This document shows, piece by piece, positions 27,850 to 37,542 of a stretch of 64,000 nucleotides of DNA; position 1 is the first letter of the stretch, and each line of letters opens with the position of its first letter. The position numbers and the translations under genes were made by a program. This DNA is from an uncultured Pseudomonadales bacterium (lineage in GTDB: Bacteria > Patescibacteriota > Microgenomatia > UBA1400 > CAYXSR01), in the NCBI GenBank assembly GCA_964430265.1, contig CAYSEI010000002.1:20769-84768 (forward strand). Direction: 5' to 3'. Under the pieces are notes generated by a model. That model had not been told where the DNA came from. It made no database searches and worked only from the letters and a program-made list of their open reading frames with translations.

Positions 27850-29502
27850 ATGAATAAGAAAATAAGAATACTGATACTTTTAATTTTTTTTACTTTAGGT
27901 TTAGTTTTAAGATTGTATAAATTAGGGTTAATACCGCCCGGTACTAATTGGGATGAAACAGTCGTTGGTTATACCGGTTATTCAATTCTAAAAACTGGGA
28001 AAGATGAATGGGGGAAAAAAATACCTATTTTTACTAAAGGTTTTGGTGATTATCGTTCCGCGGTATATTCTTATCTAACGACTGTTCCTATTAAGATATT
28101 TGGATTAACGCCTTTTGCTATACGGTTTCCTGCAGCTGTTTTAGGTTCAACCGGAATAATTGCCTTTTATTTTTTAATAAAAAATTTATTTGAATTTTAT
28201 AACTTAAAGGGGAAATCAAAGAATATCGCTGTTATTGGTGCGTTTTTATTTACAATTAATCCTTGGAACTTCTTTTTTAGCCGTTATGGCTTTGATGTGA
28301 GTAGTTGTTTTATATTTGGATTGTTCTCACTGACGTTTGTTTTTTTATTTTTAAACAAAAAAAAATATCTGCATTTATTTTTTTCAATTATTTTTGCTTG
28401 TTTAAGCATATATAGCTATCATAATGCAAGAATTGTGATTCCTTTTGTTTTTTTATTTTTATTTGTACAGAATTTTTCTATATTTATTAAAAATAGAAAG
28501 CAAATAGCATTAGTTTTTTTAACGGGTATTCTTTTATTTTTGCCTTTTTTGATATATGTAAAAACAGGCTTTCTATCAATAAGAACAAAAGAGCTTTCAA
28601 TATTTTCTAATTATTGGAAAAAACATGAATTAGAAAAATTACTAGTAAAAAGCACATTTTTAAGAAGTTTTGCTTTTTTTTATAAATATTTTTTTTACTT
28701 TCAGGAAATATTTAAAAATATCTTAAGAAATCTTTCTTTAAAATTTCTTTTCTTAGGAGAGGATTTACATTATCGTTTTGGAATTAAATACTACGGAAGG
28801 TTTTTATATCCTAGTTTAATTTTTTTGTTTTTAGGACTTTTCAAAATATGGACCAGGAATAAAAAATTGTTTGCTTTTTTAACATCTTTTATTTTAGTAT
28901 CTACGTTGCCAGCGGCATTAACAGTAGACAGCCCTCATCCTTTAAGAGTATATTTTCTTTTAATTCCTTTATTAATAATCATAACTTTTGGTATTTATTA
29001 TTCATTTAAAGGAAAAGCTATTAAATTTAAGCGCAGATTCTTAACAGGTGCTTTTATAGTCTATATGTTGTTTTTATCTTTATATATAAATGCTTACTTT
29101 AATTTTTTTAATGAGGAAGCGGATCAAAATTGGCAGTATTTTTATAGAGAATTAGTAGAATCTATAGATAATCAGTATAAAGATTATAATAGGATTTTAT
29201 TTGATATTCATTGGGGACAACCACATATATTTATGTTTTTTTATCAAAAAATAGATCCTTTAATTGTACAAAAAGAAATGAACAGAAAGGATCAGCTTAG
29301 CGAATCTCGTGGGGTTGTTAGCAGATTTCAAAATATTCATTTCAAAGATGTCCATGAGAGTGATATATTAAATTGTCATAATTGTTTAATAATTGAAGAT
29401 GAAAAGAGAACAAAGTTAGAGAAAAATAAAGTTGTAAAGGAATTAGAAAACATAAAACTGAATAACGGAAATACTATTTTTTGGATATATAAAACGATAT
29501 GA
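27850..29502 (+). CDS. GT-C fold glycosyltransferase, family 39/83-like (ArnT/PMT_2).
   Basis: The first loop NWDETVVGYTGYSILKTGKDEWGKKIPIF, a polytopic N-terminal half and a C-terminal soluble region. Confidence 0.7.
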   Translation: MNKKIRILILLIFFTLGLVLRLYKLGLIPPGTNWDETVVGYTGYSILKTGKDEWGKKIPIFTKGFGDYRSAVYSYLTTVPIKIFGLTPFAIRFPAAVLGSTGIIAFYFLIKNLFEFYNLKGKSKNIAVIGAFLFTINPWNFFFSRYGFDVSSCFIFGLFSLTFVFLFLNKKKYLHLFFSIIFACLSIYSYHNARIVIPFVFLFLFVQNFSIFIKNRKQIALVFLTGILLFLPFLIYVKTGFLSIRTKELSIFSNYWKKHELEKLLVKSTFLRSFAFFYKYFFYFQEIFKNILRNLSLKFLFLGEDLHYRFGIKYYGRFLYPSLIFLFLGLFKIWTRNKKLFAFLTSFILVSTLPAALTVDSPHPLRVYFLLIPLLIIITFGIYYSFKGKAIKFKRRFLTGAFIVYMLFLSLYINAYFNFFNEEADQNWQYFYRELVESIDNQYKDYNRILFDIHWGQPHIFMFFYQKIDPLIVQKEMNRKDQLSESRGVVSRFQNIHFKDVHESDILNCHNCLIIEDEKRTKLEKNKVVKELENIKLNNGNTIFWIYKTI

Positions 29503-30743
29503 AAATTTGGATAAAAACTCTAGTTGTATTTGGAATTTGTTTGCTAAGTTTATTATTGCGTTTTAAAGTCTTTCCATACAAAACTCATTGGTCGGACATG
29601 TTTTTTTGGAAGGACTGGGGAAGAGGAATACTTGAATATGGTACTAAAGGTTTTTATAAACAATTCGGCTCAGATTATCTACCATTTTATCCGCTTGTTT
29701 TGGGTGTAGTTAAAACAATTTATAATTATACACACGAACTTCTTAATATAAAAGATATTTATTACTACAAATTTCCCGCGGCAATTTCCGATATTTTTTT
29801 TGGTTATTTAATTTTTAGATTTTTAAAGGAAGTAAAGAATTATAAAGCCGGAATTTTAGGAATGATTTTATTTCTTTTTAATCCCGCTGTATTTGCAAAC
29901 TCAAGTATGTGGGGGCAAGTGGATGTGATAGGTACTTTATTTTTATTTGCCGGTTTTTATCTTTTATATAAGAAGAAATATTGGGTATCCGGATTGTTTT
30001 TGGGGTTATCTTTAGTTACTAAAGCCTTGTATTTAATAGCTATCCCGTATTTATTTTTACTATTTTTTAGAAAAGAGGATTTTTACATAAATATACATAG
30101 GAAAATTCTTAAAAAATGTTTCTTAGTTTTTCTGGGAATATTAGTTTCAATAATAGTTATTACTTTGCCTTTTGTAGAAGGTGGTCTTTTTGCAGTTTTT
30201 AAGTTTTTGTTTGAACGCTATAAGATTATTAGTGAAAGATATCCTTATACTTCAGTAAATGCATTTAATTTTTGGGGATTGGTGGAAAAAGAATTCTGGC
30301 TTTCTGATAAAAGAGGACCTTCCTTTTTGACTTATAACAAATGGGGAACACTAATTACTCTTTTATTGATTGCAGCTGTTTATATAAAAGGTTTTTTAAA
30401 TGCAATAAGAAAAAAATGGTTTTATTCTTTAGTTTTGGGGATATCTTTATTATTTTATTCCAGTTTTTTATTTTTGACCCGGATGCATGAACGGCACTTT
30501 TTTTATGTTATTCCCTTTTTAGCAGTTGCTGCGGTTATTAAGCACAGATTAATAATTGCTTATTTAATTACTAGTTTAACTTACTTATTAAGTTTGCACT
30601 TTGCTCTGGAATATTATTATCAGGCCAAAGCATATGTTTTTTCGTCTTTGCAGATCAATTTAATCAGCGGAGCCAATGTACTAGTGTTTTTTTGGTTATT
30701 GTTTGAGTTTTTACTTTTGACAAAAAATGAAAAAAAAATATAA
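29499..30743 (+). CDS. GT-C-like polytopic membrane protein, paralog A of a three-member tandem family.
   Basis: Shares YKFPAAISDIFFG, YPYTSVNAFNFW and LFLTRMHERHFFY motifs with the next two ORFs. Confidence 0.6.
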   Translation: MKIWIKTLVVFGICLLSLLLRFKVFPYKTHWSDMFFWKDWGRGILEYGTKGFYKQFGSDYLPFYPLVLGVVKTIYNYTHELLNIKDIYYYKFPAAISDIFFGYLIFRFLKEVKNYKAGILGMILFLFNPAVFANSSMWGQVDVIGTLFLFAGFYLLYKKKYWVSGLFLGLSLVTKALYLIAIPYLFLLFFRKEDFYINIHRKILKKCFLVFLGILVSIIVITLPFVEGGLFAVFKFLFERYKIISERYPYTSVNAFNFWGLVEKEFWLSDKRGPSFLTYNKWGTLITLLLIAAVYIKGFLNAIRKKWFYSLVLGISLLFYSSFLFLTRMHERHFFYVIPFLAVAAVIKHRLIIAYLITSLTYLLSLHFALEYYYQAKAYVFSSLQINLISGANVLVFFWLLFEFLLLTKNEKKI

Positions 30744-31938
30744 AAAACTTCTTATTTATTTAATAGTTGGATCAGTTATTTTAGTTATCCGCTATATTCT
30801 CAGTTTAAGAAAATATAATCTAGACATCTTAAATCATGCAGTTTGGACAGAAAAAGCCTTAGCTGATGGATTAAAAGGGTATTATAAAAGAATATATTCT
30901 CCCTATGCAGAAGCAAACTATCCGCCTTTTGCAAACCTGCTTTTTTATTTGTCACATAAAACTTATAGGATGCTAGGTTATTCCGGAGGTTTGAATAATC
31001 TTTTGGCTGCTTTTTATAAAATTCCTTTGATAATTGCTGATTTAATAATTGTTTTTTTATTGTTTAATATTTTTAAAAATAAAAAGAAAAAATTTAAAAA
31101 ATATTTTTATCCTTTCTTTTTTTTAATTAATATTGCTTTAGTTTATAACAGTGTTTACTGGGGGCAGTTGGAAAGTGTGATAACCCTGTTTTGTATGCTT
31201 TCCTTATATTTTCTTTTTAAAGAACCCAATTTATTAGCCTATGTTTTTTTTGCTTTGGCAGTTCTGACAAAACAGACAGCACTGGTTTTAACGCCGCTGT
31301 TTTTTTTACTCAGCTTAAAAAAACTTAATATAAAAAAAACAATTGTAGGAATGGGAATAATATATTTGATCATTTTTATCTTTTTTATTCCTTTTACAGG
31401 CAAAATTGATTTTTTTTATCCAGTGAGATTTTATTTGCAAACTTCAGGCGGACAACTTCACCAGAATCAAGCGACCGTAAATGCTTTTAATTTCTGGTTT
31501 TTATTAGGACAAAACAAAATTTCAGACAGCACCACCCTTTGGAAGTTGATTGATTATCGTCTGGTTTCAATTCTGATATGTTTATTATTTTTCTTGCCGA
31601 TATTAATAAAAGTATATAATAAAAAGCCTAAAATAATTTCAGTTTTTAAAGCTGCAGGACTTTTATTTTACATAGTCTTTCTTTTTTTAACCCGGATGCA
31701 TGAAAGGCATCTTTATCCTGCATTAGCGTTTTTAATTCCCGGTTTAAATTCAATTATTAGTCTATTATTGTATGTTATAATTTCATTTATACATTTTTTT
31801 AATATGGATTTTGTTTGGCAGGAAATGATGGCAGATCCTATACCTTCAACAATTTTTAAAGGTAAAATAATGGCAGGGATTCTTTTAGCAATGTTCGTTT
31901 ATTTTTATACAAATTTTTTGATAAGAAAAGAAAAATGA
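30727..31938 (+). CDS. GT-C-like polytopic membrane protein, paralog B.
   Basis: FYKIPLIIADL, QATVNAFNFW and LFLTRMHERHLYPAL motifs. Confidence 0.6.
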   Translation: MKKKYKKLLIYLIVGSVILVIRYILSLRKYNLDILNHAVWTEKALADGLKGYYKRIYSPYAEANYPPFANLLFYLSHKTYRMLGYSGGLNNLLAAFYKIPLIIADLIIVFLLFNIFKNKKKKFKKYFYPFFFLINIALVYNSVYWGQLESVITLFCMLSLYFLFKEPNLLAYVFFALAVLTKQTALVLTPLFFLLSLKKLNIKKTIVGMGIIYLIIFIFFIPFTGKIDFFYPVRFYLQTSGGQLHQNQATVNAFNFWFLLGQNKISDSTTLWKLIDYRLVSILICLLFFLPILIKVYNKKPKIISVFKAAGLLFYIVFLFLTRMHERHLYPALAFLIPGLNSIISLLLYVIISFIHFFNMDFVWQEMMADPIPSTIFKGKIMAGILLAMFVYFYTNFLIRKEK

Positions 31939-34406
31939 TCTTATGGGTTTTAGGTATTAGCTTCTTATTTCGTTTGTTTATTGCTCAATATGGCACTTTG
32001 CAACTGGATATGAATGCTTTTATTTATTGGAGCAACCGTCTGATTCAAGTAAATTGGACTAGTTTTTATGAAGTCTGGTGTGATTATTTACCTACGTATT
32101 TATATATTCTTGCAGGTTTAGGCTATTTAAAGAATTTTTTCGTTTCCGTTGGAATTAATCTACCGGAATTTGTAATTTATAAATTGCCTTCGATTTTTGC
32201 AGACATCGGTATGGGTTGGATGATTCATAAAATATTTAAGCAAAATAATAAAAAAAAGCTGGGAATAATTGCTGCGCTTGTTTATTTGCTAAACCCGGCT
32301 ATATTTGGCAATTCAACTTTATGGGGACAAGCAGATAGTTTATTTGCTTTTGCAACTCTATTAAGTTTTTATCTTTATTATAAAAAAAATTATTTATCTG
32401 CCAGTATGTTATTGGCGGCTACAAGTTTACTTAAACCTTTAGGATTTTTATTGGTACCAGTTTTTGTTTTTGATCTTTGGAAAAAAGAGAAAATAAAAGA
32501 AATAATCTATTCCGGTACAGTTTTTATTCTTTTTTCTTTTCTGCTTTTTTTGCCTTTTTCCAGTGGAAACATGTTAAATTTTATAATTTCTAGATTTTCA
32601 CAAACCTTTAACCAGTACCCTTATACTACTCTTAATGCTTTTAATTTCTGGCAGTTTCTTGATATGAACTGGGTTAAAGACTCGCTTAAGTTTATTGCGA
32701 TGAGCTATCAAAACTGGGGGATAATATTGTTTGCGCCTTTTTATTTTACTTTTTTAAAGCAGTTTTCCCAACAAAAAAGTATTTTTAAAAAGAGTTTAAT
32801 AATCGGTTTGGTTTTCTATTTTAATTTTTTGTTTACCACCCGAATGCATGAAAGACACTTGTTTACTGCCCTGCCTTTTTTACTGCTAGGAATGGGAGAA
32901 GATAAAACAATCGGATTTTTTTATGTTTTAGCTTCTTTAACTTACAGTTTGAACCTTTATTATGCCTGGCGTTCAATTGAAAAAAGGAATTTTGTTTTAA
33001 GCAGTTTTTTAATTAAAACACTTTCTTTAACAAACATTTTAAACGCAATGGCTTTATTTTTAAAAAATTCATTTGCTTTTATTAAAAACAATTGTGAAAA
33101 TTTATGCAGTAAAATATCTATTCTAGTACAGAGAATTGGATTAAAATCCAAACAAAAAAAATTAAATTATGAGAATATATTTTTATTAATTTTTGTTTTG
33201 TTTATTTTGTTTACCCGCTTTTATCAACTGGGTTATCCGCAAGACTATATTTATGATGAGGTTTATCATGCATTTACTGCCGGAGAAATGGCGGAAGGCA
33301 ATGTTAAAGCATGGGAATGGTGGAATAATGCACCGGAAGGCTTTGCATATGAATGGACCCATCCTCATCTTGCTAAGATTCTTATGTCTTTAGGAATCAA
33401 GGTTTTTGGTAATAATTCGTTCGGATGGCGGTTTGGTTCTGCTGTTTTTGGAACCGGAGTAATATTATTAACCTATTTGTTAGGTAAAGAAATATTTAAA
33501 AACAAAAAAATTGCTGTTGTTGCTGCTGTTCTGTTTTCTTTGGACGGAATGCTTTTAACAATGTCAAGAATTGGAATGACTGACGTTTATCTGGTATTTT
33601 TTATCCTTTTGACAATTTTATTATCCCTTAAAAAAAGAATATTTTTAGCATCCGTCAGTTTGGGAATGACAATCGGAGCCAAATGGACAGGGATTTATTT
33701 AATTCCCATAATAGGGTTAATATTAATTTGGAAGCAAGAAAAACATGACATCTTCAGTAAAAGCCTTTTAAAAAACATTTTGACATTTGTGTTTATAACA
33801 CCACTGGTTTATACAGCAACATACTTGCCTTTTTTTCTTACAGAACACACATTAACTCAGTTTTTTGAATTACAAAAAAGCATGTGGGGATATCATACAA
33901 AGCTAAAAGCAACCCACGGGTTTCAATCAGAAGCATATACTTGGCCGTTTATGATCAGACCTGTCTGGTTTTGGGTAGATTATCAAAAAAATAAAATAGC
34001 CAATATTTATAATTTAGGTAATCCTTTACTTTGGTGGAGTAGTTTAACAATTTTGCCAATATATATTTATCGTAGTATTGAAAAATATATGGAAAAAAAG
34101 AAAAAGAACATGCTTATTTTAATACCTGCATATTTTGTGTTCTGGGTTCCTTGGATTTTTTCACCCCGAGTTATGTTTTTGCATCATTATCTTCCAGCAC
34201 TGCCGTTTTTGTTTCTTATGAATGCGTGGTTTTGGGTTAAAGAGATAAAAGAATTAGTAACTGAAAATAAAACCTATTATTTAATTACCCTAACTTATTT
34301 GGCCATTATATTTATTACCTTTTTATATTTTTTACCGATTTATATAGGAATTCCTCTGCCAAAAAATCGCCTTGATTGGTGGTTTTGGTTTTCAACTTGG
34401 AAGTAA
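31935..34406 (+). CDS. Fusion protein: an N-terminal paralog-C GT-C domain fused to a C-terminal PMT-family (GT39) protein O-mannosyltransferase-like domain.
   Basis: The N-terminal half has IYKLPSIFADIG, YPYTTLNAFNFW and LFTTRMHERHLF. The C-terminal half has DEVYHAF...THPHLAKIL...FSLDGMLLTMSRIGMTD, typical of the PMT family, and a PMT_4TMC-like tail YHTKLKATHGFQSEAYTWPF. Confidence 0.75.
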   Translation: MILWVLGISFLFRLFIAQYGTLQLDMNAFIYWSNRLIQVNWTSFYEVWCDYLPTYLYILAGLGYLKNFFVSVGINLPEFVIYKLPSIFADIGMGWMIHKIFKQNNKKKLGIIAALVYLLNPAIFGNSTLWGQADSLFAFATLLSFYLYYKKNYLSASMLLAATSLLKPLGFLLVPVFVFDLWKKEKIKEIIYSGTVFILFSFLLFLPFSSGNMLNFIISRFSQTFNQYPYTTLNAFNFWQFLDMNWVKDSLKFIAMSYQNWGIILFAPFYFTFLKQFSQQKSIFKKSLIIGLVFYFNFLFTTRMHERHLFTALPFLLLGMGEDKTIGFFYVLASLTYSLNLYYAWRSIEKRNFVLSSFLIKTLSLTNILNAMALFLKNSFAFIKNNCENLCSKISILVQRIGLKSKQKKLNYENIFLLIFVLFILFTRFYQLGYPQDYIYDEVYHAFTAGEMAEGNVKAWEWWNNAPEGFAYEWTHPHLAKILMSLGIKVFGNNSFGWRFGSAVFGTGVILLTYLLGKEIFKNKKIAVVAAVLFSLDGMLLTMSRIGMTDVYLVFFILLTILLSLKKRIFLASVSLGMTIGAKWTGIYLIPIIGLILIWKQEKHDIFSKSLLKNILTFVFITPLVYTATYLPFFLTEHTLTQFFELQKSMWGYHTKLKATHGFQSEAYTWPFMIRPVWFWVDYQKNKIANIYNLGNPLLWWSSLTILPIYIYRSIEKYMEKKKKNMLILIPAYFVFWVPWIFSPRVMFLHHYLPALPFLFLMNAWFWVKEIKELVTENKTYYLITLTYLAIIFITFLYFLPIYIGIPLPKNRLDWWFWFSTWK

Positions 34407-34410
34407 AGCC

Positions 34411-35013
34411 TTAAAACATTAAACCCAGAGCCATTAATAATGCGCCACCAATAGCCAATAAAATGGTTGGTGAAACAATGCCTGCTTCCGGCATTTCTTG
34501 CTGCGGTTCTACAAACTCGGGAGAAGGAGAAGCTTGAGCAATAAATACGCTTTCTTCCGGTGTTGGTTCAGGAGTTGGAGAAGGGCTTGGGTTTGGTTCC
34601 TCTGACGGTGATAAACTGGGTGATGAAGAGGGGGATATGTTTGGCGAAGGTGTTGGTGATGGACTTGGAGAGGGGGATGGCGACGGAGAAGGATTTAATG
34701 ATGGGATTGGACTCGGTGATGGTGATGGAGAGGGGGTTAATGAGGGACTTGGATTGGGTGAAATAGATGGAGAAGGTGATGGAAGAAGAGAAGGTGAGGG
34801 GTTGGGTTGACCGACTGTAAAAGATATTTCGCAGGTTCCGTCAGCTTGGTAAAATGTTTCCGGTTCTTTGGGTGCTTCACTGACTGCTGGCTTTGGTGAT
34901 TCTTCCGGAAGTTTCTTTGATTGATAAAGTTTAAAAGCAGTATAAGCAGCAACAACTGCTAAAACAATAGTTACTGTAATAATACTAATACTTAATACTT
35001 TGTTTTTATTCAT
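34411..35013 (-). CDS. Ser/Pro-rich repeat surface protein with a C-terminal sorting signal (MPEAG-IVSPT + TM).
   Basis: An N-terminal signal anchor. A tract of about 90 aa made of (N)PSPSxS repeats. The C-terminus EMPEAGIVSPTILLAIGGALLMALGLMF. Confidence 0.65.
   Translation of the reverse strand: MNKNKVLSISIITVTIVLAVVAAYTAFKLYQSKKLPEESPKPAVSEAPKEPETFYQADGTCEISFTVGQPNPSPSLLPSPSPSISPNPSPSLTPSPSPSPSPIPSLNPSPSPSPSPSPSPTPSPNISPSSSPSLSPSEEPNPSPSPTPEPTPEESVFIAQASPSPEFVEPQQEMPEAGIVSPTILLAIGGALLMALGLMF
34560..34800. repeat. Degenerate short tandem repeats encoding the (PSPS)n tract.
   Basis: Repeated ggtgatgg/ggagaggg-type units on the plus strand. The region lies inside the 34411-35013 CDS. Confidence 0.55.
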
Positions 35014-35015
35014 AT

Positions 35016-36359
35016 TTAATTACCCGATTTACTATTCCAGCCACCTGCCTTACCCCAATCTGTGCATAGAGGAAATCCTTCAGTTGCACAAGCTCTGCAC
35101 TGAACAACATATTCACCTGCTCTTGACGGCACTGTTAAAGTGGCAGGAACACTTTGTCCTAGATTATCACTGTCTTCAGCAATATCTGTGGCAAATTCAA
35201 CTGTTTGTGTATTTCCTTCTTCAGTAATAAAATAACGGAAATCATAAACATTTGTAGCGTTGTAGGATACATTTAATGAATTGTGTTTACAAACCAGTTC
35301 AATTTCATCCCCAAACTGGTATTCTTCTTTGACCGGAGAATATTCTAAATTATCACATACAAAGTTTTGTTCTAGTTCTAAGGAGAGAGAATTACTACAG
35401 GCGGTACAAGCAGTTGTTGCTGTATTACAATGTCCCCCCGGATTACCGGTACACCATAAATTTTTCTGATCAAAGACATTAGCAATAACAGTATATGTGC
35501 CAGGCTTTAAATTGGAAGTATCCCAAGTAACTTGGTTATCAGATTCATTAGGATCAGAAATTTTCTGCCATGAAGCCTTGCAAAAATCTCCGGTATCAGT
35601 AGTGTAATGAAAAGTTGTTTTTTGCAATTGACCTTCAGGATCACTGATGGTAGCAGTAAGCAATTTTTGATTGTCTCCTTCACCTGTGTTTGTCACACTT
35701 AAGTTTGTACAGTCAGGTGGTTGATTTGCAGGAGGTTCTATCCACATCCACCAAGTTTTAAGATTTTTTTCTTGATTATGACTATGGTTAAAACTAAAGC
35801 AATCTAAATAGTTATCATCATCATTGTCTGGAGTTTCCCATCCAGGATCCCAGGAATAGTCACCTCTTTTGGCATTAAGATCACCTTCATTGTCCGCACA
35901 TAACCACCAAAATCCTTCTTCAGAGTTTTCGGCTGCTGAAGGTGGAGCATATCTGCCTATTTCAGAACGCATGGGATGAAGATAAGAGCGACTACCCCCA
36001 CAGGAAAAATCAGCATCACCATCTTCGTAAAATCTTCCATCTTCATTTGTTTGTTTTAGTTTACACCACTGGGTATCACTGCAAGCATCCTCATTTTCAT
36101 AACCGCCACAACCTCCGTCTGTATTAGTTTTATCTTTATTTAGCATCATAAACTTTTCATCAGTAATTGGAAAAAAGGTTTCTGTTGCATTATCTTTATT
36201 CTTCATTAAGTTGGTATCGCATTTGTTTACACAGTTTGCTGCTCCTTCTTTACAAATCCATGCCCATCCGGTCCATTCCCAATAAGCAAAAGCAGAATGA
36301 GGTTTAAATATGAAAAAGAAGAAGATTAAAAAAAATGGTAAGTATCTTAATTTTTTCAT
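35016..36359 (-). CDS. Secreted Cys/Trp-rich protein with an Ig-like domain. Possibly an adhesin.
   Basis: A signal peptide MKKLRYLPFFLIFFFFIFKPHSAFA. About 28 Cys residues. An Ig/PKD-like segment NLKPGTYTVIANVFD. Confidence 0.6.
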   Translation of the reverse strand: MKKLRYLPFFLIFFFFIFKPHSAFAYWEWTGWAWICKEGAANCVNKCDTNLMKNKDNATETFFPITDEKFMMLNKDKTNTDGGCGGYENEDACSDTQWCKLKQTNEDGRFYEDGDADFSCGGSRSYLHPMRSEIGRYAPPSAAENSEEGFWWLCADNEGDLNAKRGDYSWDPGWETPDNDDDNYLDCFSFNHSHNQEKNLKTWWMWIEPPANQPPDCTNLSVTNTGEGDNQKLLTATISDPEGQLQKTTFHYTTDTGDFCKASWQKISDPNESDNQVTWDTSNLKPGTYTVIANVFDQKNLWCTGNPGGHCNTATTACTACSNSLSLELEQNFVCDNLEYSPVKEEYQFGDEIELVCKHNSLNVSYNATNVYDFRYFITEEGNTQTVEFATDIAEDSDNLGQSVPATLTVPSRAGEYVVQCRACATEGFPLCTDWGKAGGWNSKSGN

Positions 36360-36360
36360 T

Positions 36361-37530
36361 TTATTTAATTCTTTTTATTAAGTAATAACAACTGATATAT
36401 ATATCATCATTCACTTCAATATCATCGTCTAAATATTCACCGTCATAAACAGGAGCTATTTCGTATTCACCTATATTCATTGTTTTTGCTGTGTTTTTTA
36501 ATTCTTCATTTTGGCTATTATAAGAGTCGTTCCCGATATTTTCTTCAAAAGCAACAGTATAATCACTATTTTGAGAAGTTAATTCTTGTTTTTTTTGCTC
36601 ACAAAGTTCAGAAAAGTTTTCTCTGTTTTCAGCTTTTTGTTTAATATCTTCCAATACGTTTTGAGTTTCTTGTTTTAATTGTTCTACCGGACTTATTGGT
36701 GGTTTAACGTTCCAAAAGCATATTCGACATTGATCTACCCAGGCAGAGCTTTCATCAACAGTTTTTGTTTTGATTAAAGCTGGATCGGCTTGAGATATTG
36801 GTTTTACTTGCTTTTCACTTTCTTGTTCTTGTTGAGAGTCTTCTTTTTGTTCTAAAGTATTATTCTGATTTTTATTCTGAGTTTCTTGAATATAATTTTC
36901 ATTTTTACTGAATAAGAAAGAGAAATTCATTTTGTTTTTTAAAATAAAGAAAAAAATTGCAATTAAAATAAGAGTTATTAGTAAGGGTAATAGAAAAATA
37001 ATTTTAGGTATACCTTTTGATTTTTGTTTTTCAGGTGTTTTAATATCATTTGGGGAAGTGTTATCGTTGTTCTGAATTTTGTGTGGTTTCTGAGGTGTTT
37101 CTAATTCCTTGTCTTGATTACTTTGTTTATCAGGTGATATTTTGTCATTTTGTATATTGTTTGATTCTGTTTTTGAGGTTTCCGGATTTTCCTTTGGAAC
37201 AGTAGAATCAATTCCTTCTTTTTCAATTTGTTTATCTACAAAGTTATTAGATACACTTTTATTATTAATAGGTTTTGTTACTGGTTCTGAGTTTTTTTTG
37301 CTCTTGTTTGATTTTTTTTTATTATGCCCTTCCGATGTTTCAGAGTCGGTTTTATTAGTAGAATTATCAAATGTATTTTCCATATTTTTATTCATAGGCT
37401 TAGGAGGCTCTGTTATTTTTTGCCCATTATCTGGGTTAGATTTTAGACTTGAATTTATTGCTTTCTGTGCCTGCTCTTCAAGATTAGATAATGAGTTATT
37501 TGAATTATTTGTTTCTTTTTGTTTATTCAT
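36361..37530 (-). CDS. Low-complexity N/K/Q/S/E-rich protein with a single central TM helix.
   Basis: A central IPKIIFLLPLLITLILIAIFFFILK helix. The compositional bias creates an antisense ORF, which is rejected. Confidence 0.5.
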   Translation of the reverse strand: MNKQKETNNSNNSLSNLEEQAQKAINSSLKSNPDNGQKITEPPKPMNKNMENTFDNSTNKTDSETSEGHNKKKSNKSKKNSEPVTKPINNKSVSNNFVDKQIEKEGIDSTVPKENPETSKTESNNIQNDKISPDKQSNQDKELETPQKPHKIQNNDNTSPNDIKTPEKQKSKGIPKIIFLLPLLITLILIAIFFFILKNKMNFSFLFSKNENYIQETQNKNQNNTLEQKEDSQQEQESEKQVKPISQADPALIKTKTVDESSAWVDQCRICFWNVKPPISPVEQLKQETQNVLEDIKQKAENRENFSELCEQKKQELTSQNSDYTVAFEENIGNDSYNSQNEELKNTAKTMNIGEYEIAPVYDGEYLDDDIEVNDDIYISCYYLIKRIK

Positions 37531-37542
37531 TATTTAGCTTAA

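Noticed and set aside
34560-34955. Plus- and minus-strand alternative-frame ORFs (68 and 72 aa) within the PS-repeat gene.
   Set aside because: These are frame artefacts of the repetitive GC-richer tract. The annotated frame gives a coherent signal, repeat and sorting-tail architecture.
37142-37537. 131-aa plus-strand ORF antisense to the low-complexity 36361-37530 gene.
   Set aside because: The minus-strand gene is longer, in operon register with its neighbours and has a central TM helix. The plus ORF is a Phe/Leu/Ser low-complexity shadow.
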